Shown one piece after another: positions 62,760-64,000 of a DNA stretch of 64,000 nucleotides; positions within the stretch are counted from its first letter, which is position 1; the number at the start of each line of letters is the position of its first letter. Source of the stretch: Octopus sinensis (taxonomy: Eukaryota); contig NC_043023.1 in the NCBI RefSeq assembly GCF_006345805.1, forward strand, positions 3,658,001 to 3,722,000, read 5' to 3'. The notes under the pieces are model-generated. The model had not been told where the DNA came from. It saw only the letters and a program-made list of their open reading frames with translations, and did no database searches. The position numbers were made by a program, and so were the translations under genes.

Positions 62760-64000
62760 TGTCATTAGACTGTGGCACCGCCTTAAAGAATTCCTTAGTT
62801 GGATGGATTGACTTCAATTCTTTTTTTTTTTTTTAATTTGGTACTCATCTAATTATTCTATTGGTCACTTTTGCCAAACTGCTAAGTTATGGGGCTGTAA
62901 ACACACCAACACCAGTTATCAAGTAGTGGTGAGATGCACCACACACATACACACACACATGTAATAGGCTTCTTTCAGTTTCTTATTTCTTTATTGCCCA
63001 CAAGGGGCTAAACATAGAGGGGACAAACAAAGACAGACAAAAGGATTGTCGATTGATTATATCAACCCCAGTGCGTAACTGGTACTTAATTTATCGACCT
63101 TGAAAGGATGAAAGGCAAAGTCGACCTTGGTAGAATTTGAACTCAGAACGTAACGGCAGGCGAAATACCACTCAGCATTTCACCCAGCGTGCTAACGTTT
63201 CTGCCAGCTCAGAAATAGGCTTCTTTCAGTTTCTCCCCTTCCAAATCCACTCAAGTCTTAGGTTTGACCCAAGTCTATAGTGGAAAACATGCAGTGGGAT
63301 TGAACCCGGAACCGTATAGTTGGGAAGTAAACTACTTACCACACCTGTATACCTCTGTACCTACACACACACACACACCGCATATACACACGATGGGCTT
63401 CTGTCAGTGTCTGTCTACCAAATCCATTCACAAAGCTTTAGTCAGCCTGGGGTTATAAAAGAAAACATTCCCCCCCCCAACATGCCATGCAGTGGGACTG
63501 AACCCAGAACCATATGGCTTAGGAAGGAAACAAGCGTCTTACCCCACAGCCACACCTGTTTACTTGGAAGCTATAAAATTTGCTGACTTCATTTCCTATG
63601 AAAATATTAATCTTCCTTTCTTACATATTTGTATTGTCCTTTGAAATGTGCGTATGTACCGAATCCTATTTTGTATTGAATCTAATTTTGATTCAACATC
63701 TTCTCCATTTTTCTATTATTGTTTATGGTATATTTATACCTATAACGATATTTTTCAAATCCTATTTTCATATTCTTATTACTTGCTCTGACTGTTTTTT
63801 TTATGAATATACTCTTTTACTCTTTTACTTGTTTCAGTCATTTGGCTGTGGCCATGCTGGAGCACCACCTTTAGTCGAAGAAATTGACCCCAGGACTTAT
63901 TCTTTGTAAACCTAGTATTTATTCTATCAGTCTCTTTTGCCAAACCGCTAAGTTATAGGGACGTAAACATGCCAGCATCGGTTGTCAAGCGATGTTGCGG
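62760..64000 (-). mobile_element. Diverged SINE A pieces with a SINE B (62985-63212) nested in one; SINE A tail 63810-64000 runs off the window
   Basis: Direct alignment to families A and B. Confidence 0.75.

Overview
AT-rich, repeat-saturated animal genomic DNA with one 100-N scaffold gap (40339-40438). The SINE and microsatellite content looks like an octopod cephalopod (Octopus) genome; this is inferred from pattern, not from a database search. No intact protein-coding gene can be supported, and almost all listed ORFs are microsatellite or SINE read-throughs. Real coding homology is limited to decayed transposon fragments: a Helitron PIF1 helicase, a Tc1 N-terminus, two mariner deletion derivatives, a Tc1/mariner C-terminus split by an inversion, and a CRE-type non-LTR restriction-like endonuclease (RLE). 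The rest is at least four tRNA-SINE families, RTE-like tails, non-autonomous Helitrons, hAT and piggyBac-like MITEs, several 127-152 bp tandem arrays and large microsatellites. The most interesting hidden structure is: (i) minimal type I hammerhead-ribozyme folds in Penelope-like remnants, including an inverted pair inside a 330-bp palindrome; (ii) a 149-bp higher-order satellite built from the catalytic core of a CRE retrotransposon endonuclease; (iii) SINE-derived tandem multimers with recurrent junctions; (iv) a hairpin whose arm differences are strand-biased toward G.U pairs. Coordinates were read by eye; element edges are approximate unless a TSD/TIR is quoted.
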